Source of the DNA: the human T2T-CHM13v2.0 reference genome, Homo sapiens | Length of the DNA stretch: 64,000 nucleotides | Assembly: GCF_009914755.1 (NCBI RefSeq) | Contig: NC_060934.1 | Reading direction: 5' to 3' (one strand) | Part shown: one piece after another, positions 23,748-35,540 of the stretch | Position numbering within the stretch: position 1 is the stretch's first letter | How the letters are laid out: each line of letters opens with the position of its first letter | The notes under the pieces: generated by a model | What the model saw: the letters and a program-made list of their open reading frames with translations, nothing else | Told to the model about the DNA's origin: nothing | Database searches by the model: none | Program-made: the position numbers and the translations under genes

Positions 23748-26700
23748 GCTCCCAAGCCCCAGAAGTCTGGAGTTCAGTAGATCGGTGGGGACTGGCATTT
23801 TTGTTTTAATCTCCCTCCAGTCATTCTGATGCAGCCCAGCTTTAAAAGTCCTTACATTGATGGTAAAGCAATTGTCCAGCCCCAATTTTCTGACACAATC
23901 CCTATTTCCTAGAGCTTAGGAATGAAGGTAATTTGTATTAAAATGTGAATCATTCTGTTTTCCACCTATTAAGTCCTTGCATGTAAATTCATTTCTATAT
24001 TTTAGAAATCTGTTGACCAGTCTTATCCTCCAGTTTGGAATTTTGCAAAGTTCCATTACTGTACACTTGATTGTTGAAAAGAAGATAGAGAAGGACCTCT
24101 TCAGAAGAATTTCTGAAATGAACCATTCTTATGGCCTCTTCCAAATGAATTTGCACTCATCCGATTCATTTATTGCTCTAACTTCCTTCCTGCATAATGG
24201 CTTTCAGAGTCTAAGGAACAAGCTGGAGAATTAGGCCTGAAAATCCAATCCTTTATTAGCTCCGGTGGCCTGAGTCTGGAGGCTCAACAATGTCTTGCTG
24301 GTCCTGGTCACATCTCAAGATTTATTACGGTCTTTCCCTCTCAGCAAAACCCTGCATGAGAGCAAGGGCCAAGCCTGGGTTTCCTTAGCAATGTGCACCC
24401 CCTGCTGAGCAGTGCCTGGACACAGTAGGCACGCAGCACTAAGGCCCTTTGGGACCCTGCCCAGGGCCTCCTGGATGCCCGCTGCCCACTTGCTGTGTGG
24501 CAGGGCAATGCCTCATTCCTGCCAATGCAGGAGGCCCTCAGAGAGAAGTATGCCTGGGAGCAGAATCCCACCATGCCCCATGAGGCAGCTCGGAGCACAG
24601 AACACCCCCACCGTCATCACCTCCAAAGCCCCTCAGCTGGCAGATGCCACCCAGCAGGACATTGGGCAGCAAATATTGGGTCATCAAAGGCGTGTGGACC
24701 GGTACGGTTTCTCAGGCTTGCCCTGGGAGGATCCATCCGTCCTCACTAGCAGTGTCTGGCTCAGAGGCCTCGCCTGCCTGTTCCATGGATCAGGGGCCCT
24801 CATATCCTGCAATGGGCCCATCTTCGTGGGTCATGGGCTATCTCTGAAACGTCTAGAGGTAAAAGAGTGACCCTAGCCCAGAGCGAAAGACAGGGCAGAC
24901 CCTAACTGAATCCATGTCCTTGGTCTTCATCTGACTTTCCTCCAAGCCGCTGAGCTCACTGCCCACTCCAGGAAAGACAAGGACTTTGATCATTCCTCCT
25001 AGCCCTAAAGCCCACGACTCCAGACCATGCCAGCCACACTCATCCGTCCACCCCAGGAAGGGCCCAGCTGGCCTGCCTGCCTGTGTCTCTCCAGAATCCT
25101 ACAGACAGTTCCAAGCCAGGCTCTTGGCTTCCTCAGATCTGCCCCTCTGAGGGACTTCTGCTTTCCTGAAATGCATTTGCCATTGTCAGGGATGCCGGCC
25201 ACAAGCAGATGCCTGGCACGGACTCACCAAGGGAGAGCTGCTCCTCAACCCCGATGCCTCCAGACTCGAATGTTCTCCTTAGAGTTCATCAAATGAAAAC
25301 CCTAGTCTTGAGGGGGAAAAGCCTCTTAGGAGGTTAATAGCGAGTGGATAGAGCAATAAATGTAATGATTTAATTCTTCAAGGATGGCTAAACAGACTGC
25401 TGTTTACCAAAGTCTTCGCAGATAATTACTAACAGATAATTACAAAAACCTGCCGAATCGGGGCTGCCCCAGAAATGGCCATAGCCCCAATCCGCTTTGC
25501 CAAGCTAAGCTAATGGGTTGATTCCACAGAGAAATTCCACACAGGTCGCTTTCTGGGAAAGACACCAGGCAAGAATTTCCACTGCTCTCTCTCTCTCTCT
25601 CTCCCTCCCCTCGCCTCCTCTCCCTCTTTCCTCTCTCCTTGCTCCATCCCTCACTGAGGCCTGTTTCTATCACCCCTGGAATGCTCTCCCATGTTGTGAC
25701 CTGTCTCCCTGGAGAGGGACCATAATCATTTTAGGCCAACTTCTCAAATAGCCTCCTTTCCTTCTCAATCTCCAGTTAGCAGACACGGGGCAGTGGGACA
25801 TTCACTGCAGAGGAACAGCTCTGGGTCGGGCTTTGGTGAAGGGGTTCAGAGGGGCACCTGTGGCTTGAGTCTACCCGCAGCTGTCTGGCAAAGAGAAGGG
25901 CATCCTGAGGTTGGCGGGGAGGTGACCCATAGGGACCACCTAAAGCCACCTGGACAGGAAGTTCGTTCCAGACCCTGAGAAAAGAAAGGAACAAGGTGTG
26001 TAACCCATATAGCATGTGAGCCTCCTTGGGCCTGTCCTGCTCTCCCCCTAAGAGGTCACTGGGTTTCCCACCCAAGGGCCCCCTCCCACTCCAAACATAC
26101 CCACTCCCAGAGAGAAGTCCAACTCCAATAGCACTGGTGAGTCTGGCAGATTTCACTGAAATGTTCATGGGGAGGTAAAGGAAGAGATGACCCTGCACAT
26201 CTCAATGCAAAATGTCTTTAAAATCCCTTGTTAATATCTCTGCGTATTCTCCGAGCTCTCCTCCTACTGCAGCTGCCTCATCCCAGAGACACATCTCTGC
26301 TCCTCCTCTTTCTCAGCCTCTGCTGCTCCACGGGCTCAATCTGGATCAGGGGCCACATGTGCCTGTCCTGTGGGCCAGGGGCGCATCTGATTCTGCAGTT
26401 GACTCACATTCACCGTAATGGCCTGGGGCTGTCTCTGCCCTGGGCCTGAGTCCTCTCTGCAGGTAAAGGTGTTCTTTATGATCGTCCAGTCCACACCATC
26501 AATGCCACACTTGCAGGCCCTGTAGCACCCTTCGGAGTGTGGTCCTTCAGCTGCAGAAATGCAGAGCTTCCTATGCCCAAGGCCTCCAGTGCTGTAGCAG
26601 GCTGGCACAGGAGAAGGTTTCCCCTACACTGAGCCAACAGTGGACCCTCGACTTTTGGAACCCAAGACCCTTGGAGAGCACAGAACAGTCTCCTCTTTTC

Positions 26701-27249
26701 CTCTAACAAGTCTTCAAACATCGAACATGCTTTTTCCGTCCTTCACTGACTCAGCTTCTCTCCAGGTGGAAGGTGGGACCCTGCAGTCCTTCCTCGCTGC
26801 CGGGGGGCAGGTCCCTCGACACCAGGGCCACCCTCCACGGAGCAGTCACCAGCTTGAGCTGCCCTTCTCCAGAGGTGGTGCCAAGTGGGCTGCAGGGATC
26901 TAGTGTGGTCCTGCCACGCAGAGGGCAGCAGTACTGCCCACTCGTTCCCACCCGGGCCCTGTTCCTGCCCACTTCTCCTCCCGTAGGCATCTGTCCCACC
27001 ATGACAGTGAGGTCCCCGGCTCTCCAGGGCCTGTTGAGGTGCAGTAAATGAAGCCTACTCAGATCAGCTCACAACAGTGGACTTAAACCACCGGCATGGG
27101 AACACATCAAGGAACCCAAGAACTGAGGAAGTGTGGGAACGGGCAGTGGGGACCAGACTCTGCTTGGAAGGAGCCACTGCCTTCTCGAGCCACTGCCTTC
27201 TCAACCCCCACTCGCCCTACCCAGGGCTGTGCAGATCCTCACCCCCTCT

Positions 27250-27480
27250 CGGGCCCTCAGGCTCTCATCCTCCCTCTCCTGCAGATCTTCTGCCCCTGCA
27301 CCTGCCTCAAACACTCCGATGTGCATGGCTGTCTCCATTCCAGTGCCACCATCCAACCAACCAACATCTCTGATCCAATCCCAAATTCCCTGGATTTGAA
27401 TCTGATTGGATCCCCCTAGATCAAGCCCCCTCTCTCATCCAATCAGTGGTAGCCCAGGAGGGGCACGTCCCAGACATGGC
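27250..27480 (-). mobile_element. Old MLT1 (J/K-like) fragment
   Basis: gaatctgattgg...tccaatcagtggtagcccagg motif of old MLT1 LTRs. Confidence 0.45.
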
Positions 27481-30159
27481 CTTGGGGCCCTCCCAGTGGA
27501 GGGTGTGGGTATGCAGACCCCCAGCCATGTGCTATCTAGGCTGCTGACTCCATCCCTCCACCTCCCCACCCCAGCCCCCTGCACTCACACAGTAGACCCC
27601 TTACAGGACTTGTCCCCTTCTTCCTGAATCCTCTCCTCTGCCAAGATTGTCCCTCTCCCCAGTCAATGGATCTTGTTTTAATCCTAATTCTGGCTTCCAG
27701 TATAAATGCTCTCTCTCCATCCTGTGCTGTTCCTAAATCTGATGCCTGTGTCTGCTGGGTCCCTGGCTAAGCTGAAAACCACTGGCCTAGCCAAGGCTGG
27801 ACAAGGCCTTGGTGGGGCAATGGTGGTTTCCCACCCAGGGCTCTGGAACCTGGAATTTGACCCACTGGACTAGAGACCTTGTTCCTGCTGCTGTTGCCCC
27901 TACCGGCTCTGTCCTTCCCACCACAGCCCTGCTCTCCAATACCCACCCCTGCCTGACTCCCAGCCCCAGCACAGTGCCCAGAACATCCGGGCTCCCCAGT
28001 GGCTGCCCCAGGCCCAGTTGCTTTCAGGTGGTGCTGTTCCACCCTCCCCCAGACCCGGGACACACCTCTGCCTTGGAGCCTCCCTGGGGAACCTTCCTAG
28101 AAGACAGGAAAGGACATTCACTTCCACTCGAGTTATCCTGACATCAAACCTGGCTGTGCAGAAAGAGCAGGTTCCTTCAGCTGGGGAACAGCCCTGCATG
28201 ACGGAATTAGTGCCACTCCACGGCGCCTCCAGAAACCATGCCCACTGCCCACCAAGAGCCACGAGGAGTACACCGGGTCCTGAGAATGCACATCCCCTGC
28301 GGTGCAGCTTCCCCAGCCAGGAGCTTCGCAGGTATGCCCTACAGGGAGGAGGAGCTCTTCCACCAGCCCGGCAGCCCCCAGGTTTCAGGAACCATTTCAG
28401 CCACCTTAGCAGGGCTCATGTTCAAGTTTAGACTAACAGTTTCATGACCACATTTTTAAAAATTCTATTACTAATTCAGCTTCTATGGGGAAAAAAAAAA
28501 AAGCCCAGCTTGATTTTCTAACTTGGTTTTTCAAGAAGCTGGGTAAGACTTCCCTATCTGACAGCAATGAGTAAATCATTACTCAGCACCTTGGAAGGAC
28601 ATTCTAGAGCTCCAGAGAGCTTTCGGGCCAGGAAGGTGTGCTGGGGAGCTGGACTCCTCTGACCACATTTTCCAGAAGTAAGCCCTTTACCTTGGTCTGC
28701 TCAAGGTACCGTGGTGTCGTGCAAGGGTAATGAAGGGACTGCGATGGAAGCCGGGCGGGAGACACGCCCTGGGACAGGAGGCTCAGGCCTCACTCCGTAC
28801 TCTCTTCTCCACCAGCTGGAGGCCCTCCAATCTCACCATGCCCTAGGGACAGACAAACGGCATGTGACAGACACCCCCGGTGCCCCTCGAGGCACCCACC
28901 CCTGAGCCCACCTCTGCCTCAGCATCTTGGTGGCAGGCGCTAGCTGACCTCACACTCCCTGGCCCTGAAAGCATTGGTCTCACACCTGCCTCGTGCGTGT
29001 CTCCAGGCACATGGGAGTCTGCCCAGGCCAAGCACACACAGCTGGAAGTGTGGGGGTGAAGTCCCCAAGGGCAAACCTCTGACCAGGGGTGTCGTGAGCC
29101 AGTGGGTAAGCTGTCCTCTGCCCTTCCAGTGGACAATTTTGTCCCTACCCAGGAGGTCTCAATGGTGTCAAGCCTCAGGGCCCACAGCAGCAATCTCAAC
29201 AGCCCTTGTGTTCGTGTTTCCTCCTCCTATTCCTACTCTCCACACTCCCATGCCTCCACTTTTTGGGATCTGCTCCGATAGCCCACCTGCACCCAAGTCT
29301 CAGGCCTGGCCTTCCAGGAACCCAAACTAAGATGCCATCTCTCTGCACACCACAGGGACACAGGGCCTCACGCGAGGCTGCCGCTGAGTCAGCTCTCCAT
29401 AAAAACCTGCCAGAGGAATCAAGGAAGCTCCTGTGTCCTTCCTGGGAGGTGGTCCTTACAGGAAAGTCACACAGCAAATCTGTCATATGAACAGGGTTTC
29501 CTGACATGCAGGCCTCTCTCTGCCAGCCTCAAGCTTCACTTCAGCGAGTGCAGTCCCCCTAGGCTGGCGACACTGAGCGCTTCCAGCTGTCAGAGCCCAT
29601 GGCATTGGCTGCCATCCATGCTGCAATCCACAGGCTATTAAGGGAGGCCCAGAGAGGCCAGAGCTGGGCCTTGTCACTGGCCCACAGAGTTCCTGTTACT
29701 ACAGTCACCACCCAGACACTCATTATCCCCCCTCTGAGGCCTGCAAATGGCCCTGCCAGGGAATGTGGGGGTCATGATTGCTTTTTACTCAGTATCCGAC
29801 TCAGGGCTAGGACATGGCTGTCTCTGAGGCTGGAGGTACAGCAAGGAAGGTTCCCACAGGTCCACATCAGAGGCCTGGACACAGATGGGGGCACAGCCCA
29901 GACCAGTGCACCCTTCCAAACCCCTTCCAGAAGAGCCCATTGGAAAGAAAAATTGGTCCCTCTGGGGACCCAGGAATTTGGACACAAGTGTCCCCGAGCA
30001 GGAGGCAGGGGCACCAGGAGGCCTGCACAGGAGGAAGGAGCCTGGCCAGAGGTCCTGAGCCCAGGGAACCCCTGCTGGCTCTGTCTGGCAATTCCTTTCT
30101 CCCTCCCAACGTGAAATGACGGGCTTTGGGCAAGACCCCCAGAGGTGAGTCCAGCTCCG

Positions 30160-30420
30160 ACAACTGTTTCCAAAAACACAACCCCAGAGCACCAGGTCTG
30201 GGAGACAGACAGATGCTCCATGGACAAGGTGTTCATTGGTCTAATGTCCTTGAGAAGCCCTGCACACAGGAGGCCCCTCTTGAAGACTGACTGGGCTAAA
30301 GGCCCTGAGATGTCCTGCAGCACAGAGCCCTGTTTAACGAGTAGAGTCCAGACTGTCCCTAACTTATGTGACCACAAAAACCTTTTTTCCAAGGACATCT
30401 CCTCTTTCTAAAGCACAGAC
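30160..30420. mobile_element. MER103C-like hAT-Charlie element
   Basis: aaaggccctgagatgtcctgcagc...cctgtttaac...aacttatgtgaccacaaaaaccttttt. Confidence 0.6.
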
Positions 30421-30774
30421 TGAGCACTGGCAGTGCAAGCCATTTGATTGGCTATTACCAAGGTTGCTCCGAGGAGTCTGTCTCCTTGGGATGCAAGGTG
30501 GAAAACATCCGCATAGAAAAACAGGTGTCTCCGGATGCTGTTCCTGAGACAATGCTCTAAGGAACAAATTAGGGAAACACCTGAAGCCTTGAGGGGAAAC
30601 TTGTTTCCACTGGTGATTTATCTGCAGGTGGTCAGGGCGGAGATGGAGGCATCAGTAGCTGCCTGGCCTTCAGCTTTCGAGTCCCTTCTCCCACCAGTGA
30701 AAGCAAGGGCTGGGGGAAGACCTCCAGAGGCCAGCCCAGCTCTGACAATTATTCCCCAAACCATGACCCCAGCG

Positions 30775-31010
30775 GGGTAGAGATGGACAAGTTGAACCCA
30801 ATATGTCCCAAGTGAATCTTACCTTCCTGGCCCCAAATCTGCCCTTCCTCAGGTGTCCCCATCTCAGGGAAAGCCACTCCCATCTCCCCAGTTACCCCAG
30901 ACAGAAATATGAACATCATTGCCTTCCCACTCATAACACACCCCATTGCCACTCCCATCTCCAAGTCCTATTAGTGCCACCTGTTAAACAGCTCCCAAAC
31001 ACATCCCCTC
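30775..31010 (+). mobile_element. L2 fragment
   Basis: aatatgtcccaagtgaatc...ccccatctcagggaa...cccagttacccc. Confidence 0.6.
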
Positions 31011-31325
31011 CTCCCCATTTCCTGTCACTAGGCACCTTTTACTGAGTGCCTACTATGTGCAGATGCAAAGCCACCACCTCCATTCTGCCCATCATCTCCC
31101 GCAAGGAGCATCTGTTACAAAAGCTTCCCCCAGGCAGAGCTCTGCCTGCTCCTCTCCCCTTCAAGCTGCCACGGGAGCCTCCTCCCAAATACAGAGTGGG
31201 CCCGCTCCCCTGGGGCCATGTCCAAATTCCTAAGAAGCACACATGGCCCCACATGACAGGGCCATGGTGTCTGCCTCTGTGGCCCCTCTGACACTCATCT
31301 TTACCTCGACGCTAAGTGCTGAGAG

Positions 31326-31577
31326 TGCACACAGGATGAAGATGACAGACTCTTCTGAACAGGAGGGTCCTCTGCGCTCCTTCTCCAGCAGCGGCCAGCG
31401 TGTTCTCTGGTCACCTCCTTCCATGCTGTCTTCCCTATGGGCCTCAGCTTGTCCCTGAGAGGCCGGCCCCTCAGCTGCTTCTTGGAGCCTCTCCTGAGCC
31501 AGACAGGAGCCCGGGTTTGCCTCCTATGAACATGGCTCGCTTCTTCTTGTGATAATCATCCAATCAACAAACTGCCA
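31326..31577 (+). repeat. Direct repeat copy 1 (252 bp, unique sequence)
   Basis: Matches 31909-32160 except at 3 positions. Confidence 0.97.
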
Positions 31578-31845
31578 ACAAAAGTGCCCTACTGCACGGG
31601 GCTGTTGTGAGGACCAGCAAGGTAACAGATGCAAAGCGCCATCCTGGCGCATAGTGTGTGCTCAATATATGTTCACTCTCAAGAGTCAGCCCATCTCTGG
31701 GCAGTTAACATCTCTGAGCCTCAGTTTTCTTGTCCATAAAATGGGAATGATACCCATACCTGGATCAAGGAATTATTGTGAGAATAAACGCTATAATGAC
31801 CCTTCAGTGATGTAACTGGCACAAAGGCTCCTGTGATTATTATTA
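31578..31845 (+). mobile_element. Two MIR fragments between the direct repeats
   Basis: ggggctgttgtgagga...gtgctcaatatatgtt and ctctgagcctcagttttcttgtccataaaatggg. Confidence 0.75.
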
Positions 31846-31908
31846 CCTCCTACCTCCACCTCACTGCCCGCTGTGGGGAGAGATCCCAGCCCCACTTGTA
31901 CTAAGAGC

Positions 31909-32160
31909 TGCACACAGGATGAAGATGACAGACTCTTCTGAACAGGAGGGTCCTCTGCTCTCCTTCTCCAGCAGAGGCCAGCGTGTTCTCTGGTCACCTC
32001 CTTCCATGCTGTCTTCCCTATGGGCCTCAGCTTGTCCCTGAGAGGCCGGCCCCTCAGCTGCTTCTTGGAGCCTCTCCTGAGCCAGACAGGAGCCCGGATT
32101 TGCCTCCTATGAACATGGCTCGCTTCTTCTTGTGATAATCATCCAATCAACAAACTGCCA
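31909..32160 (+). repeat. Direct repeat copy 2 (252 bp)
   Basis: Offset 583 bp from copy 1. Confidence 0.97.
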
Positions 32161-33326
32161 CGTCCAGGTTGGGCATGGTACCCTCACCCTAAAACCACCA
32201 GCAAGCAGCGCGGCACACCTGGCTCCTCCTTCTCAGACGCACTGCCCCAGCCAGCTCCCGAGCCCTCCAGCCTCACCTTCCCCAATTGCCCCAGGAAATC
32301 CTCCTCCGCCTTCCAGGCTGACCTCACTCACCCCTCCCAACACCACCCTTGGCCTTCCCATCCCTGGTGACCGGCTCCATCCCCTGGGTTCTCATGGTGC
32401 CTCTTTTTCATTCCTATTAGAGATTTTGCAAGCTGCCACGGGATGCCCGAGGGTGCCAAGCTCTGTGCTGGGAATGTCCCCTTCACCTAAAGCTCATCCA
32501 TCAAAAATGTAATTAGAGAAGTAACATCCCAAGAAAGTGGCAGGCTGGGACCCACACCCAGCCTGCCCAGCCCCCTCCTTCCCTGCTGCACCATGAGGCA
32601 GGGAGTGGGACCGCTAACATGTGGTCTAACACCAGGCTTCTGTCTGCAGGAAGAGAATCCTGCATTAACTCTCCCCGCCCACAACAAGGTCACATCTCCC
32701 TGGCTCATCCTCTCCTGCAGCATTTCATCTTCACAGTCACCCCCCTTCCCTACCTGATGGGGGAAATTAAGCCATCGAAGCTGTTCTCACTGAAGGAAAG
32801 TGGCAAGTGTTCATCCTGAATCCCAGGTGCCATTGGCTCTTCCCAGGCCCTCTCCAAATGAGCCCCAGGATTCTTTCCCCAAGGAGACACAGAGTCCCCC
32901 TCCTGGGGCTGAGGTCTTCCCACAGAGGACAATACCCCACCCTCAAAGTAGACAGGCTCTAGGCCAGGCTGTCACTATGGGATCCCCCAGTGTGTGCCTT
33001 CCGAAGCCCAGAGAGGTTCCAGAGCCTGGATGATTATAAACATTCCCATAAATCATAGATTTCAGCAGAAGCACATGAGCTCCCAGAGGCGCACAGCTGC
33101 GCAGCCCCTCCCCCAGGGGCCACCTTCCATGCAGGAGGCTGCTCTGATACAAGGTCATCCATGCAGCTACAGGGAATGTAGCAGAGCAGAGGCAGAAGCG
33201 ATGGCAAGCCTTGAGCCCAGGTGGCCTCCAAGGTCCTTTCCAAGGCTGATGCTCAATCACTCTGAACACCTCAGAAGAAGAGTCTGTTAGCTCCAACCCA
33301 TGGTGGTGCAGACTTCTCTTCCCCCG

Positions 33327-33702
33327 TGATATAGATTGGCTCTGTGTCTATCTATAGATCTATATCAAGGTGTCAATCTCACCTTGAATTGTAATAATCC
33401 CCATGTGTCTTGGGAGGAACCTGGTGGGAGGTAATTGAATCATGGGGGTGCATCTTGCTCATGCTGTTCTTGTGATGTGAATAAGTCTCATGAGATCTGA
33501 TGGTTTTATAAAGGGGAGTTCCCCTGTACATGCCCTCTTGCCTGCCATCATGTAAGACATGACTTTGCTCTTCCTTCATCTTCTGCCATGATTGTGAGGC
33601 CTCCCCAGCCATGTGAAACTGTAAGTCTAATAAACTCTTTCCTTTGTAAATTACCCAGTCTCAGGTATGTCTTTATTAGCAGCATGAGAGCAGACTAATA
33701 CA
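33327..33702 (+). mobile_element. THE1C/D MaLR solo LTR with a rearranged 5' end
   Basis: aatctcaccttgaattgtaataatcccc...cagactaataca; TATA-like ttttataaa; aataaa. Confidence 0.92.
33432..33442 (+). promoter_or_regulatory. Candidate DUX4 site in THE1 LTR
   Basis: TAATTGAATCA, the double-homeodomain motif carried by THE1/MST LTRs. Confidence 0.5.
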
Positions 33703-34184
33703 TCGACCTTCCATCTCAGATGGTGTGAGGAGACCCAACCTACAAGCTATAAATAGAAATGCCAGAAAAGTTGACGGGTGTCTCCACCAATCACGGAGAG
33801 TGCATTTCCACTCCTGACACACCAGCCTGCCCATCTTCCTTCCTGAGTGACTCATGTGTGGCCCATGTGGCCCTACTTTTTGTTTTTGGAAGCACAGACT
33901 TTGACCATGGGTGATGGTGAGTAAGTACAACCTCCTGCCTTGTCTTTGAGTGACTGACTGGTTAACTTGTCCCCGCCAGGCCACTCTTTGAGGATGGGGA
34001 TCAAATATGTCTACACAGTCCTTACTGGGACAGACCCAGGTGGGTGTGGAAGAGGGCTGACATACCAGCCACACCAATCAAGAGCATCCTCCAAGGCCTA
34101 GAAGAAGAACAAGTGTGTTTCATCTGGATAAAGGGGAGGGGTTCATCCAGAGACTGCTGTTTACTAACCACACCTAAAATGCAG

Positions 34185-34480
34185 TGTATCAATTAGGAAT
34201 GCATTTAGCTGCAAGTAACAGAAAATCCAACTAATAGTGGCTTAAAGAATAGGGGTTATTTTCTTACATTAAGGAGAAACCTGAAGGGAGGTGTTCCCTG
34301 ACATGCGTCTCATGGTTCAACAATCACGACTTCGTAGCCTCCTCCTCACAGTCACAACATGGCCATCACAGATCCAGGAACCAAGAGCACATTCAAAGCA
34401 GGAAGAAAAGAAGGGAGCAACAAGCTGGCCTGAGTTTGCAAGGAGACTGGGAGAGTGGGTACTGAGATTTTTCCATCCTC
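34185..34480 (-). mobile_element. MLT1J/K-like LTR
   Basis: ttagctgcaagtaacagaaaatccaactaatagtggcttaa. Confidence 0.7.
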
Positions 34481-35199
34481 TATGGTAGAAACAGGCAAGC
34501 CTATGGTGTTGGGACTTGGTGTCAGGTCAGCCACAAACACAATGGGAGGTTCCTGGACCTGTGAAAGGCTTTGAAACCAGAGCAGATACAGCAAGGGCAT
34601 CCCCTGGGCACAGGCACAATGCCTCGGGGGAAGGAGGAGGCCTGCAACTGAAATAAGTCCAGCTGCATGAAAATACCATTCTGGATGTGGTTGGGTCAGG
34701 AGATGTGGCAAAAGGAGAGCAACCAGGATAGCAGGAGGACCCTTAAGGTTGGGTGACAGGTGGCTGGAGGACACAGGACTGTTCTCTCCAGGGAATACTG
34801 TTGTGGGGAAGGGAAAGGATCAACCTTCTCTTCCGTGGCCATGCTATGGTCCTGGAGGCCAGTGATGAAAGAGACTCTGGTTGTTTCGCCCCATCTCTCA
34901 GCCCAGCACAGCTGTGATCAAGCCCCCACTATCTGGAGCAACTCCAGTCTCTCTGGGTATGTGGTGCCCCCAGAAGAGCCGGATCAGAACCTGGGGAACC
35001 CTCGGCACTTCTTACCACACCTCCAAGGCTGTTCCATGGCACAGAGGGCTCATCTCCACTGCCTGCCCCTCTCCTGAGGTTTGCAAGAACTTCTACCCCA
35101 CGCTGCCCACCCCTCATCTCCCTCTCTCCTTCCCATTCTCCTGTCCTTTCCTTCTTCACAATCAAGAGCTATCTTCAAACACCCAAGGGACAATTGCTC

Positions 35200-35540
35200 A
35201 GAAGATAGTAGAGGGTAAAAATGAAGAAAAAAACACAAAGAAAAGAGATTAGAAATGGTTGGGAAGGTCCAACATCAAAACAATAGGAGTGCCAGAAAGA
35301 GAGAACAGAGGAATCCCTGGAGGAAATCATCTAACCCAATAAATGAAGGGCATTTCCCAGAGCAGAAGGATACAAGTTTCCAGATTGAAAGGGCTCGTGG
35401 AGATTACAGCACAAAGGATAAAATTAGAGCCACACCAAAGTGCACCATTGTCATATTTCAGAACAGTGAGGATGCTGAAAGCTTCTGGTGGTCAGACAGG
35501 AAATACAATATACAAAGGATCAGGAATCAGAAGAACTTCT
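35200..35540 (+). mobile_element. Ancient L1M/HAL1 ORF1 fragment
   Basis: aataggagtgccagaaagagagaacaga...catttcccagag...ttccagattgaaagggctc...acaaaggatcaggaatcaga. Confidence 0.7.

Noticed and set aside
27372-27412. 9-bp inverted repeat gatccaatc/gattggatc
   Set aside because: Short and inside an old MLT1 fragment; expected by chance
29599-30398. Overlapping 171- and 208-aa ORFs
   Set aside because: No recognisable domain, open on both strands as expected in GC-rich DNA, partly inside a hAT repeat; likewise 7705-8301, 49287-50100 and 51730-52399
31326-32160. Direct repeats as LTRs of a tiny novel retroelement (they happen to start TG and end CA)
   Set aside because: No TSD, primer-binding site, polypurine tract or polyA signal, and the interior is old MIR sequence
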